Assembly: GCA_951406725.2 (NCBI GenBank)
Contig: OX597820.1
Location: 101,680,001 to 101,744,000 of the forward strand
Origin: Octopus vulgaris
Lineage: Eukaryota
DNA length: 64,000 nucleotides
Direction: 5' to 3'
The position numbers were made by a program, and so were the translations under genes. Position 1 is the stretch's first letter; each line of letters begins with the position of its first letter. This document shows, one piece after another, positions 51,612 to 64,000 of this stretch. Under the pieces are notes generated by a model, which saw only the letters and a program-made list of their open reading frames with translations, had not been told where the DNA came from and ran no database searches.

Positions 51612-51891
51612 TCTCTGAACGAGATGTAAACAGTAGCCGCTCAACAACGTAAAGTATACTCAGCCATCTCAATATGGCTAACCACTAAGAGTGGATGTTA
51701 CTGTAGCTTTTAGCCCCAGGAGGTCATCGTCTCCAGCTGGCTTTGGGCACACTTTCTGTGCCCTTTGCAAATATCATAAGGGCACAGAAAGTGTGCCTAA
51801 AGCCAGCTGGAAACGATGATCTCCTGGGGCTAAAAGCTACAGTAACATCCACCCTTAGTGGTTAGCCATATTGAGATGGCTAGTATACTTT
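51612..51891. repeat. Fold-back of the structured-RNA element family (~115-bp arms)
   Basis: 51651-51765 is a near-perfect reverse complement of 51778-51891; terminus ATCTCTGAACGAGATGTAAACAGTAGC shared with 27204 and 27853. Confidence 0.85.
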
Positions 51892-54449
51892 AGAATTTAA
51901 ATATAATTACAGAAAATGTATGCTAAATATTTGTAATGACAGTTTTAAAAGTTTTCAATTCAGCCATTCAGCTAGTTTACACATTGATGACATGTGTACA
52001 TGCTGTGGTAACAATCTCTCCACTACTCCTCTATCAGGATACCTTTGCATTAATTCACCCCCGACAACTCAAAAGGAGTGGTTCGTAGTGACAAGTGTAG
52101 TTGATAATATAAAGAAATGGAAAATAATCAGTTTACAAACAAAATATTAAATCTTCAATGAATAAAAGGAACTGGAAATACCATAAAAGATTTTGCTTCA
52201 AAATTTTATTTTCTGTCAGTCAACAGTATCTATGAGTTCAATATTTTAACAAACAGTATTTGAATGAAACTGAAACTGTGCACTCCTAGCAATCTCTGAT
52301 GGTGTAATGATGGAGTCACCAGTTATAATTTCAATTTGCATTGGATAAATGATTGAAGATGAACAATATTAATTGCATGTTGAGATGGCCATTTTATATA
52401 TATGATTTTTATCATAGTTGTTACAATATAGAAAATACAACTACTTCAAGTTGTTTGTGTACACAGTTTCTATGTCATTACAGGAAACAAATTGCCTTTA
52501 GTTCTACAGTCCATTGTGTAGATAGTAAATTCATCTGTGTGTGACTACTAGAGATAGAGTAAGAAGGTCTTAGCAAATAGAGACTATAAGTAGTGTGTCG
52601 TCCCACATATAAAGGTATTACTTCTCCATCAGTACGGGAATAAAGTTAGATGTGCTCTTTGATCAGAAGCAGCAACAAAAGAGAATGAAAGCAGTTTGGC
52701 TTTACTTATTTATATTATTCCTAACCACACTAGGCCAAGGTAAAACAAAGGAATTTTCCCCTTTAATCAGTTTTGACCCTAGTATGCTTCATGAAGGTCT
52801 AAGAGGTCAGCTTATTCTCATTAATCTCTAAGTGCAACAGGTGAGAACAATAGGCTGAGGATTTGTAGGAAAATGTGGATTCAATTTTGAATCTTGGCTT
52901 AGACATTTGGTAGCCATCCACTACAAAGGTAATACAGGTGTGGTTAGCCTTATCCTCACATTTAACAACTTGGATTACTACTCAACTGCAATGGTTGAAG
53001 ATGCCTCTCAATCAAACTATTATTTGCTATGAATCTATATTTATTCTCAAGATGCTTAATGCTGGAGTGAAGGTAACTATGATGACACATTTATTATAAG
53101 TTTACTATATATAGAAATTGAACAGATTGGCATAATGTAAAAGTGCAAAAAGCTGGGAGTGCAGGTACTGGAACAGTGAATTTGTTCCAAAGCATTAAAT
53201 ATATTTGATAAAAGAATATGGTTGCAAATGATTTCAAATTGTTCACAGCTTGTGCTCTTCCACGTTTGTACACACATTATAAATGTTAAATATTTTAAAT
53301 TACATTTGCTTTGAAGTGCATGTCAACAAATGTAACCTCACAAAAGCTAAATCATTGATGCTGGGCTTCAAAAATGTTGAAGACTGATTAATATTACTGA
53401 GTGGCACTAGTGCCCTTGAACTTTCATACCAGAAGTCCAAGGGCACTGATATTCTTGTGGCTCATAAAAAATGAGTTGGTTTTTGAAATGCTTTCTGCTG
53501 TAGCTGTTGTGTTCCTGTTGTCGTTCTGGTGGCCACAGTGAATATGGCTGTGACAGCAGTGGTTGCAGTAATTATGGAACAACTGTTACTTTTGGTGGTG
53601 GTGGTGGTGGTGGTGGTGACAGTGGTTGTTGCTTTTGTTGGTGGTGGTGGTGATGGTGGTAGTGACTGGTGGTGGTGGCAGTTATTGACAGAATGGTATT
53701 GCCGGTCAACATCACAGTGGTCACATCATCTGCTACTGTCTCAGTTACCTTTCTTGAATCATTGGTCATTAAAGAAAGGTAATTCAGGTATTGTTATCAT
53801 TGTTGTTGCTGTTTTTTTTTACTGCTCAGCATGTTGTTATTATTAATGTACTCATAGTTGCTGGACATGCAACTGTCTCTGTTGTTATTGTTGGTATTGT
53901 TGCTCTTCTTATTTCCATGTTTGTTTTTTGTTTTTGTTTTTTCATTGTTATTCTTGCAATTTGGTATGTTGCTGTTGCTGCTGTTTTTGTTATTGTTGTT
54001 TTACTGCTGTCCTTTTCCTCCTCAACAGAACTCATTGTATTGTTGATGGGGCTGGCTGCATTGACAACTGGCAAAAGAGAAGCTTTCATCAGCATATGTA
54101 ATGAAGAGAAAGATCTGGATAGCAGCTGAATCATCTCCAACTTCCACCTTTTGTTACTGGCCACACACATATTGATGTCCTGTTTGTGCTTTTTTGGATT
54201 TTTTCAGATAAAATCTTGAGAAAAAAAAAATTTTTTAAGTTTACCCCTACTCCATGGGATGTGAAAACAAAGGAATTGACCAGCCACTTGCAGCTTTGCT
54301 GATGTTTTGCAAACAAAAGAACACAATAAACCAACAATAACAAATCTTTAAAAGGAGCAAATTTTCAATGAAGTTATTTTTTATTGTTCAATTTTCAAAA
54401 CAAAATGAAACTTGCTTGAAAAGAAAAGTATTAAAATAATAATAATAAA

Positions 54450-54490
<41 letters not shown>

Positions 54491-54515
54491 CAATGATGAT
54501 GATAATAATATAATG

Positions 54516-54567
<52 letters not shown>

Positions 54568-56111
54568 TGATAATATAATAATAGTCGTCTTCCACATCAT
54601 TATCCCACACAGTTTGAACAAGACAAAAGTAAAAAGAAAGCAATACTGCTATGGTTATATCTTTCCACAATACAGAATTCAAGGCGACATTGTAAAGGAC
54701 AGCCTGTGAGTATTCAAGCCTGCAAGCTATAATCTATTTGTTTTTAACAATTAACAAAGCTGAAACATAATATCAATGTGAATGAAGTATTTTAAAAGCA
54801 AGCTGTCCTCAAGGCTTGTAAAATTGCTATTGTCGCTCACATCCTTGAATTCTTCCTTTTCAAAGAATCTGATTTGATTTTGCTCAAAGCATAACCCATA
54901 TGAATTGCATCCCGGGGACAAACAACAGCAAAAGTACGTTCTGTAACTTTTTCTCTGTTTTGTATTTCATATTTTGTATTTGGCAATTACTAATGGTGAA
55001 AACACTTAGATAGCTTTCCTATTGTTTGAAGATCCATTCCAAATGCATCGTATATATTTATTTTACTTGGCTGTCTTTTTATGCAAGAAAGGAAAGTTTT
55101 GTTATTCCATCACGGGATATATGCGTTTGTATTGGTTAATATTTTTCTCTTTTGTTAATTAAAGAAATTAATCTAAAAGATTAGATTGGTAGTTGATATT
55201 GGGTTCCAAAGTAGTGATGGGTGAGAAATAAATTTGTTAGCCAATGAGAGAGGATGCAGTATATTGGTAGATAAATGCTTATAGTGTGTTTGTAAATGAA
55301 AATGAATTAAGTTGGATGGGCATATTCAAATGTATCTTTATGTTAAACTTCTCATATTTGTCCTATAGTTTGGAGAAGGTATTTAATCAAATAGTCCATC
55401 ATATGTATCACTCCATCAGGAGGTTTTGAACTTAGAAGCTAAGGAGGCAGAACGAATATGGCAAGGCATTGATTGCTATGATCTAACCATTCTGTTAGTC
55501 TACTGGACCTCTCTGCTCTAAAGATTATAAAAAAAAGCAACTACAACAAAAAATATGATTTGTGCAAAAGTAACCAACACAATTTATATGATTTGTGCAA
55601 AAGTAACCAACACAATTTATAAATTCCCTACTTCTATGATTGCTGCAAACCTCAATAATACAGCTACAGCAAAGAATATTAGAAAACCAGTACATAGAAA
55701 ATTTTCCAAACTTTTAATTCCATAAACCCCATAAATTTCAAGAAAGTTTAAAAGAATTTTTTACATGGGCTTTTCTTTCCAGTCAGTTACAATGGTCCTA
55801 TTCACTATGACATGGATAAATGTTCATTCAATCAACATAAGTAATAATTGAATGAATTTTAATTAGTGAAAGCCATGTCAACTGAACTTGACACTAAAAT
55901 TAATTAATCTTAATTACGCTTCTGGTTTTATTTTTTCATTGCCTGTGAAAGAAATCTTACCTTCAGGGAGTTATAGGATTTCTATTTTTGGTATCACACA
56001 TGTTCTGTCATTCCTGGATTTGTCATTTCACCTTTATTTTGGCTTTTCACTTGTAACATGCACATATACATCATATATAAAGCAAGTGCATTTGATTCTT
56101 TGACAGCTTAA

Positions 56112-56320
56112 CCCTTTAGCATTCGGATTACTCTGTCAAATGTAATGTTTATTTATTCACATTGTTTTGAATTAATCATGAATTATCTCTTAGCTTGAAG
56201 ATTTCAATGACATGACTGTTTATTTTTAGAATAACCTTGTAGGATAGGTGTGAGAAGCTGGATCTGGTCAGTTTGAACAGAATATTTTAGCAGGATATGG
56301 CTGATATAAATGCTAGAGGG
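56112..56320. mobile_element. piggyBac-type MITE
   Basis: TTAA-CCCTTTAGCATT...AATGCTAGAGGG-TTAA. Confidence 0.85.
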
Positions 56321-57899
56321 TTAATGAGGAGGAGGAGAAGAAAAAAGAAATGCAGTGTCCATGAAGTTTTGCTGAGTTTACAAGACTGGTGGTGGTTGTG
56401 GTGGTGGGGTAAGTGAAGAAGAAAATATGAATCATGTGTTGTAGCAATAGGAAGCAGTGCATCATTGTATTAGGCTATTACAGACCAAAGGTCTTATCTG
56501 AATGTTCTGAAATGGGATAGGCTCTATATTAACAAACTACATCAGTCAAACAGTGGTGTAAAGCAATTTAGTGGATTAGGTCTACCACCAAAAGGACCCA
56601 AACCCAGTGTATCTCCACACATTTTCCAAATACTCAAGGCTGTTCCTCAGGCTTGAACTTACTATTGTAAAATACTCTCTTGTTCAAAATACAGACAATG
56701 AAAGAGAACATGGAATGGCTAGATTAGGAACCAAAGTTCACAGCTATGGAATTACACTTGTGTTTGTCTGCAGATATAAAAAAAAATATTTGTGTTTTAC
56801 AAAAAGACAAGAGTTTCTCAACTAAAGTATCTAAATATAACAAGTACTTCTAGTTTTACATAATAAGCATAGCTGTATAGTATAAACAAATGATTTCTCT
56901 TAAGTAGGGAAACACCTAAGTTCTTCTTCACATATGAATTGTTCTTTTGCTACAATTATACAATATGTCTGTTAATGCCATACACTTTATTGAAGCCATA
57001 TAATTACTCTAGATTATGATCTGCTTTCTTTAATTCATTAAACATTAAAGATCTAGACATCATTCTGTTTAGTATAAAAATACTGTCCTTTCTTTCCACT
57101 CGATCTAGACTAACATAAAAATGATTATACAAAATAAAATAATAACAGAAACATCAATAAAGTCATTGACACCAGCTCCCTTCCTCCACCACCACCACAC
57201 CACCATCACCATTGCCAAAGTACTGCGCTAGGATGGAAACTGCCAATGGTAAGTATAGAGGAAGAACAACTGCTGTGCTTTGACTGAGTTGCATCTCCAT
57301 GCCATGGCAATGTGGATGTTCGCTCAGGACATGAGGCATGGTGGACATAAAACCGCACAGGAGAAGAAAACTCTGATTTCAAATGCCAGGTAGATGGAGC
57401 CCATGAGTAATCGTGCAGGGAAAGGAAAACCCTGGCAGAAAACCAACCCCCATTCAGGTCTTTAAGTTAGGGCATTGAGCTAATTACCAGACCATCATCA
57501 TCATCATCATCATCATCATTTAACATCCGTTGTCCATGCTGGCATGGGTTGGATGGTTTGACCAGGCTGGCACACTGGAAGGCTGCACCAGACTCCAGTC
57601 TGATCTGGCATGGTTTTCTACAGCTTGATGCCTTTCCTAACACTAATCACTCCTAGAGTGTAATGGGTGCTTTTACATGTTAAAAAAACCCTAAAAAAAT
57701 TTTTTTTTAAACTTCTGATTACAGAAACTTCAAACACTTAGAACAATCCACAACACCTTGGAAAGGCAGTGGTTCCTAACCTGGTAAAAAGAACAAGACA
57801 TGAAATACTTGAGTGAAAGCTGAGAGGAAACTCAAAGAAATTAGAACGCTAGAACTCAGCATGCTGTTGGTAAAGCTGCCCAGATCATTAGGGAGATGG

Positions 57900-58355
57900 A
57901 AAGAGTAAAACTATCTCTTATGATAAAGGAATATGTCTGAATATACAGGCATAACAAAGGTATACTTGAAGCCAAGGATAAATTGATTGTAGACACAGGT
58001 TATTATTAATGCTGTTTGATAAGAGGAGGACTGAGGATTTGATGGGATTACTAGGGTTGGAGGAATCGGTGGAATGGTTGACAAGGGCAAATGGAGTGAG
58101 GTGGTATGGGCATGTGTTGAGGATGAATGAAGAGTACGTTCTGAGGAGGGTGATTGCATTTGAGGTAAATGGAGCATGAAAGCAAGGTAGACCAAGGAAA
58201 GGGTGGAGGAGGAGATTGGGAGAGTTGGTTTGAAAAAGGAGGACACCCAAAAACTGGGCAGGATGGTGAGATGGTATGAGGACAGTTGCTATGGCATTGA
58301 GGTAGATCCAGCCACTCACATTTACGGGGACAAAACCTGGATTTAAAACACTGGA

Positions 58356-58375
<20 letters not shown>
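57900..58375 (+). mobile_element. Decayed RTE-like LINE 3' end
   Basis: ANGVRWYGHVLRM...GRPRKGW remnant followed by (GAT)n tail. Confidence 0.65.
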
Positions 58376-58389
<14 letters not shown>

Positions 58390-58812
58390 GGTGGTGGTGG
58401 TGGTAGTGATGGTTATCTGGATTAATTGAGAATTCTTGCTCAAAGCTTACCTCTGTTGCTTTGACCATGCACTCCATCATCCATGATGCATTTGTGCCAG
58501 AACCCCTCCTAGTATGGTGCAAATAACAAGGTGAAAAGCTGACAATGTGGATTAATATGACCCTTTAGTATTCTAACCAACCATATCACACCCAAGTATT
58601 CTGCCCGTTCTACAATCAAACTGATTAGAAGCAGGCTCTCACTCCTATCCCACAATCTCATTCTAAAAATAAACAAACACCTAATTGAAATCTCAAAGCT
58701 ATATGATAATGCATGATTAATTCAAAACAATATAAATAAATAAGGAATATATTTGATTGAGTAACCTGAATGTTAAAGGTTTAATTGATATCTGGTCATC
58801 ATTTATATGGTA

Positions 58813-59119
58813 CTAGCAGTATCGCCCGGCGTTGCTTGGGTTTGTAAGGGAAATAACTAGATAAGCATTTTTAGAGAGTTACTTCCCTTATATAACCCGA
58901 GCAAAAATCATTAAAAATGCGGAAAAATGATGGTAAATTTCTTTTAAAATCGTAGACTCATCGTAGACATGCGCTAATACCCAGAAGGGCTCAATATGAA
59001 TGACGACTATAAGATACCCGGTTTTGTTTAAACTGCACCGCAAAATGTGGGAGTAGTTAGGAATCTAATTCGGAGGAGACAGAGTCTCACATACACAACT
59101 TCAATTTTATATATAAAGA
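58813..59119 (-). mobile_element. Non-autonomous Helitron
   Basis: TC...hairpin-CTAG ends, A/T insertion site; same family as 48257-48644. Confidence 0.85.
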
Positions 59120-59855
59120 TTTTTCATTGAAATTGTGTCCGGTTGAAGAGCACCATGTCAGAAGATCATTATGTACCAAGCACGTTTGGCTTTTGTTTGC
59201 AAAGCTGTGGGTTCAGTGGCTGGCTCAATTCATCCTTAGCAAATGCATATGCATGTGTGCCGCACACACACACACACCGACACACACACACAAATGCTTA
59301 CACACACACACACGAATACATAGACATATGCACATATATGTACACGCATAAGTTTTAACAAAATCAAGATATTCTTTTTTATTTGTTTAATTAGAACTGA
59401 TCTATCTCTAAATATCAACAACAACAACATATACCAATGTAGGAATCCTTGTCTTTCAAAGAAAAAGTAATTGAGAAAGGAGAAAAATCAAATACTTATT
59501 TTAAAGTAGGATTAGAACAGGGAAACAAAATGCTGAACTCACTATATATATTGGGGTTGATTTGTTTGACTAAAGGCAGGGTTCCTGCATGGCCACAGTC
59601 AAATGGCTGAAACAAGTAAAAGAATAAATATATGTATTGACTCCAAATTTTTGCACGAGGCCAGCAACTTAGGGAAAGTGGGTAAGTCAATTACACTGAC
59701 CCCAGTACTCAATTGGTATTTATTTTATTGACCCTGTAAAGATGAAAAGCAATGTCGACCTTGGTGGAATTTGAACTCAGAGCATAAAGTCAGACAGAAT
59801 TGTTAGCATGCTGAGGAAAACTTGCTAAGTATTTTGCTTGGCATTCTAACAACTC

Positions 59856-60088
59856 TTATTTCTTTATTGCCCAGAAGGGGCTAAACATAGAGGGGACAAA
59901 CAAGGACAGACAAATGGATTAAGTCAATTACATCAACCCCAGTGAGTAACTGGTACTTAATTTATCGACCCCAAAAGGATGAAAGGCAAAGTCGACCTTG
60001 GCGGAATTTGAACTCAGAACGTAACGACAGACGAAATACCGCAAAGCATTTCGTCCAGCATGCTAACGTTTCTGCCAGCTCGCCACCT
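59856..60088 (-). mobile_element. SINE family B
   Basis: Reverse complement of 27316-27540. Confidence 0.8.
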
Positions 60089-60565
60089 TATAACAACTTA
60101 TAATAACGCATTCTAACAACACTGCCAGCTTGCCACCTTTATATATTAGAAATATCATACTCAATGAATGAACACGAACAGTAAATAGATTTATGACAAA
60201 ATTGATTAAATTATCCTTATCAGGAAAAATTTTGAAAATTGGACTGCCGGCCAACTCTCCATCCTTTATAACAATATCCATGAAAGTTAGTCTAACTTTC
60301 ACTCTCCTTTCTAACACATAAAGTTAGAAATTAGTGGTGCAAGTTAATAAAACATCTTGAAATTATGTTGTTGTTGCTGCTGTTGCTGTTGCTGTTGAGC
60401 AAACGGTCTTCATCCCAGAGCTCGCAAGATGGGAGAAGTCCGAAATGTGGTCCTTTGCTATTCGTAAGACCCGCAGAAGAGAAAGCAGGTCAATCTCCGA
60501 CACTGAGAGCATCGACAGGTGGATGAATGTGCATCCAGGCTCAGCGGTTGCGTAGGAAGTCGGGA

Positions 60566-61803
60566 GCAATAAACTCTGAAAATGCGCAGAGAACAACTTC
60601 TGCCACATTCCAGGAAGGAAAACTAGAATTAGTTGACAGCTTCCGTTACCTAGGTGACCAAGTCAGTAGCGGGGGAGGGTGCGCTGAAAGTGTAGCTGCT
60701 AGAATAAGAATAACCTGGGCAAAGTTCAGAGAGCTGTTACCTCTGCTAGTGACAAAGGGCCTCTCGCTCAGAGTAAAAGGCAGACTGTATGATGCATGTG
60801 TACGAACAGCCATGCTACATGGCAGTGAAACATGGGCTGTGACTGCTGAGAACATGAGTAAGCTCACAAGGAATGAAGCCAGTATGATCCAATGGATGTG
60901 TAATGTCAGTGTTCATACTCGACTGAGTGTAAGTACCTTGGGAGAAATGTTGGACCTAAGAAGCATCAGATGTGGGGTGCAAGAGAGACAACTACACTGG
61001 TATGGTCATGTGGCAAGAATGGACGAGGATAGCTGTGTGAAAAAGTGCCACACCCCAGCAGTTGAGGGAACCTGTGGAAAAGGTAGACCCAGGAAGACCT
61101 GGGATGAAGTGGTGAAGCACAACCTTCGAACTTTAGGCCTCACCAAGGAAATGACTAGTGACCGAGACTTTTGGAAATACACTCTGCGTGAAAAGACCTG
61201 GCAAGCCAAATGAGACCATAAGCTCATGGCCTATGCCAGGGGCGTAACCAGCCCACTTATGCATACCTTTTCCTTAGCAGGGTGCAAAGAGCACCATATG
61301 AGTGTGATCGTTGATAGAGTGGCTAACCGGCTTCTGTGCCAATGGCACATAAAAGGCACCATTCGAGCGTGATCATTACCAGCGTCACCTTACTGGCACT
61401 CGAGTCCCATGCTAGTAGTGTGCTAAGAGCACCATCCGAGCATGATCGTTGCCAGAACAGCTATCTGATTTCTGTGCTGGTGGCATGTAAAAGACACCAT
61501 TTGAGTGTGATCGTTACCAGCATCACCTTACTGGCACCTGTGCCGGTGGCATATGCAAAAGATTTGAGTGAGGTCGTTGCCAGTACCGCCTGACTGGCCC
61601 TGTGCCGGTGGCACGTAAAAGCACCCACTACACTCTCGGAGTGGCTGGCGTTAGGAATGGCATCCAGCTGTAGAAACTCTGCCAGATCAAGATTGAAGCC
61701 TGGTGCAGCCATCTGGTTCACCAGCCCTCAGTCAAATCGTCCAACCCATGCTAGCATGGAAAGTGGACGTTAAACGATGACGATGATGATGATGATGATG
61801 ATG
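60566..61803 (+). mobile_element. 5'-truncated RTE-clade LINE (RT C-terminus + 3' UTR)
   Basis: LELVDSFRYLGD...LYDACVRTAMLHGSETW...WYGHVARM...GRPRKTW; 3' UTR ending in (GAT)n. Confidence 0.9.
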
Positions 61804-62677
61804 ACATACATACAGTTGGTTTCTTTTAATTTCCCCTCTACAAAATCCACTCACAAGTCTCTGCTTGGCTCAAGGCTATAGTAGAACCATGTGGTTGAGA
61901 AGCAAGCTTCTTACCACACAGCCACACTTGTGCCTATATTAGTAAACAGAATTCTATTATTTTTTGGACAAATAACTGTCCTCACTTCAGCTAATCTCAA
62001 TTTTTATGAAGTCATTTTATTAAGTAATTGAATCAAACCCTTGGAATGAAGCTAGCACATTCAAATAAAAATTATATTCTAGTTTTAGTAAAATTAAAAT
62101 AAGGAATTTCAAAATTAATCATTTGTTAAGTAAAAGACACAAATATTAGGTGCAGAAATGAAATGGCTGAATAGATATAATTTTGGTCTGCCTAACAAAC
62201 ACTTGAAATATTCCAGAATGCAAGACAGTATGTCACCATAAATCAAGACGTCATTGATGAAGAGTGTGTACAGATTCATAATAATACACTTGTCATCACA
62301 GACACTAAGACAAAATATGGCATAGAAATATTTCTACAAGCCATCGGTGAATGAGGAGAATCTGTGAGAGAATGAAAGAGAGAAAGGTGGGAAATACATG
62401 ATTTAGATCTAACAGGAACCTATTATTGAAGTCGAGAACTATGTGGTAAGAAGTGTGATTAAATATTAAAGAAGGTAGTTGTACCACTAGGAATAGTCAC
62501 TGAGATACTGAACATTTCCAGCAAAGTAGAATGTATGACAATTACCGACAAGTTTTAGGTTGTACAGGGAAGTATCATACTCAATGACTAATATAACACT
62601 ATCATCCTAGACAGTTACAAGAGCAATGGTTTTCTAGAAAAATATTGACTACTGAATTCACAAACTGATGGAATATA

Positions 62678-62895
62678 TGAGGGGGTGCTGAAAAGTTCCT
62701 GGCTTTAAGAGTATCATGAAAGGCCTGGCTGCAGGACCAACTTTCTGAGTTCTTTTACAGGGCTTAGAAAAATTGAAGGACTGCTGCAATAAGTGTGTGA
62801 ATCTGAGTGGGGAATATGTTGAATAAGATCATAATTAACTGATCTTCTTGTTTTTTTCTTTTACCCAAAGCCAGGAACTTTTCAGTGCCCCATTG
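62678..62895. mobile_element. mariner-derived MITE
   Basis: TIRs GGGGTGCTGAAAAGTTCCTGGCTTT / AAAGCCAGGAACTTTTCAGTGCCCC with TA flanks. Confidence 0.8.
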
Positions 62896-63075
62896 TATGT
62901 TAAGAAAGTAAGAGAAAGAGTTAACAAGAAGGAAATAAGGCTTAGTCAAGATGCAGTTTAAGTTTATGCCAGGACAGGGTGGCTTTGAGGACCTCATTCT
63001 AGTGAGACAACTAGAGAAATACTCTCAGATGGCTCTTGTAGTGAGCGACTATGCTTAGCATGTATTTATCTAGAG

Positions 63076-63294
63076 CAGTGGTTTTCAACAAGGGTTCCGC
63101 GGAACCTTAGGGTTCCCCCAGTACAGTCCAGGGGTTCCGCAAGAAGTTACAAAACTGCTAAAATCGGCAGTAATTTTTAATTCTCCTGTGCAGATATGTG
63201 TGCATAAGACAATTAAATTATTGCACAAGGGTTCCTCGAGCCAGTGGAATGTTTCCTTGGGGTTCTGCGCCAGCAAAATGTTTGAAAAGCACTG
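63076..63294. mobile_element. hAT (Charlie-like) MITE
   Basis: TIRs CAGTGGTTTTCAA / TTGAAAAGCACTG; perfect 8-bp TSD ATCTAGAG. Confidence 0.9.
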
Positions 63295-64000
63295 ATCTAG
63301 AGAAAACCTTTGGTAGGGTACTACTCTTTATTGTCTGGTGGATGCTAAGAAAACTAATCTTAGATAAATGGCTTGTGAGAACCATATAAGCCATATATAG
63401 GGATTCTGTCAGCAAAATGAGAGTTAGCAATGAATGAGTTCAGCCAAGAATTAAGGGTGTAGATAGAGATCCATCAGGGGTCAGTTCTCAATCTTTTCCT
63501 GCTTATTATAGTTCTTTTGATCTGTAACTGAAATATTTAAGTCTGGTTTCTCATGGGAATTCTTGTATACTAATGACATACCTAAATTTATTGAAGAATT
63601 AAAGATGAAATTCCAAACATGGAAGTAAAGTCTAGAATCAAAACACACCCCACCTCCATAGAAAAAAAGTCTAGCAAAGTCAGGTTTTAATTTGTAAGAG
63701 AGAAAATTGGATTCTACTGCCATTTGGGGAGTAGCCATGTTTATTGTGCCAAAAAGGAGTTCATAGAAACACTGTACTGTGTAAATAATAGGGGGTACAA
63801 GAAATGTAGTGAAATCACAGACAGGTTGAGAGATAAGGACTTCATATGTAGTATGACACTGGCCTAGGGTCAAAATCTGATATCAATAAAAATTGAATGA
63901 ATATCCAGAAAAACAAGGCCAAATAAAACATGGGAAGAAGTAGTTAAAGCTTATCTCAAGAGGTTAAATCTTATAAAATAGATGATAAAGGATTGTGATA

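Noticed and set aside
55554-55620. 33-bp tandem duplication
   Set aside because: Two copies only; ordinary slippage product

Overview
This is AT-rich, microsatellite-dense eukaryotic DNA. The SINE/LINE families and composition suggest a coleoid cephalopod, most likely Octopus (inference). Two spliced genes could be assembled by eye. (1) On the + strand, a divergent anion-type Cys-loop (GABA-A/GlyR/GluCl-like) ligand-gated ion channel subunit has 7 coding exons between 2725 and 18266 (~395 aa; signal-peptide exon not found). It has lost several neurotransmitter-binding and gating residues and is followed by a MITE-disrupted duplicate of its M4 segment. (2) On the - strand, UQCRQ/QCR8 (complex III subunit 8, 82 aa) has coding exons at 33883-34036 and 25130-25224. 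The rest is mostly mobile DNA: a decayed piggyBac with nested insertions, mariner relics, Merlin-like/hAT/piggyBac MITEs, Helitrons, RTE LINEs, tRNA-derived SINEs, Penelope-like fragments and a 5S rRNA pseudogene. The most interesting signals are the orphan Cys-loop channel and a set of short elements joining a type I hammerhead ribozyme to a structurally conserved, sequence-divergent multi-stem RNA domain. All alignments and folds were done by eye, and TE boundaries without TSD support are approximate.
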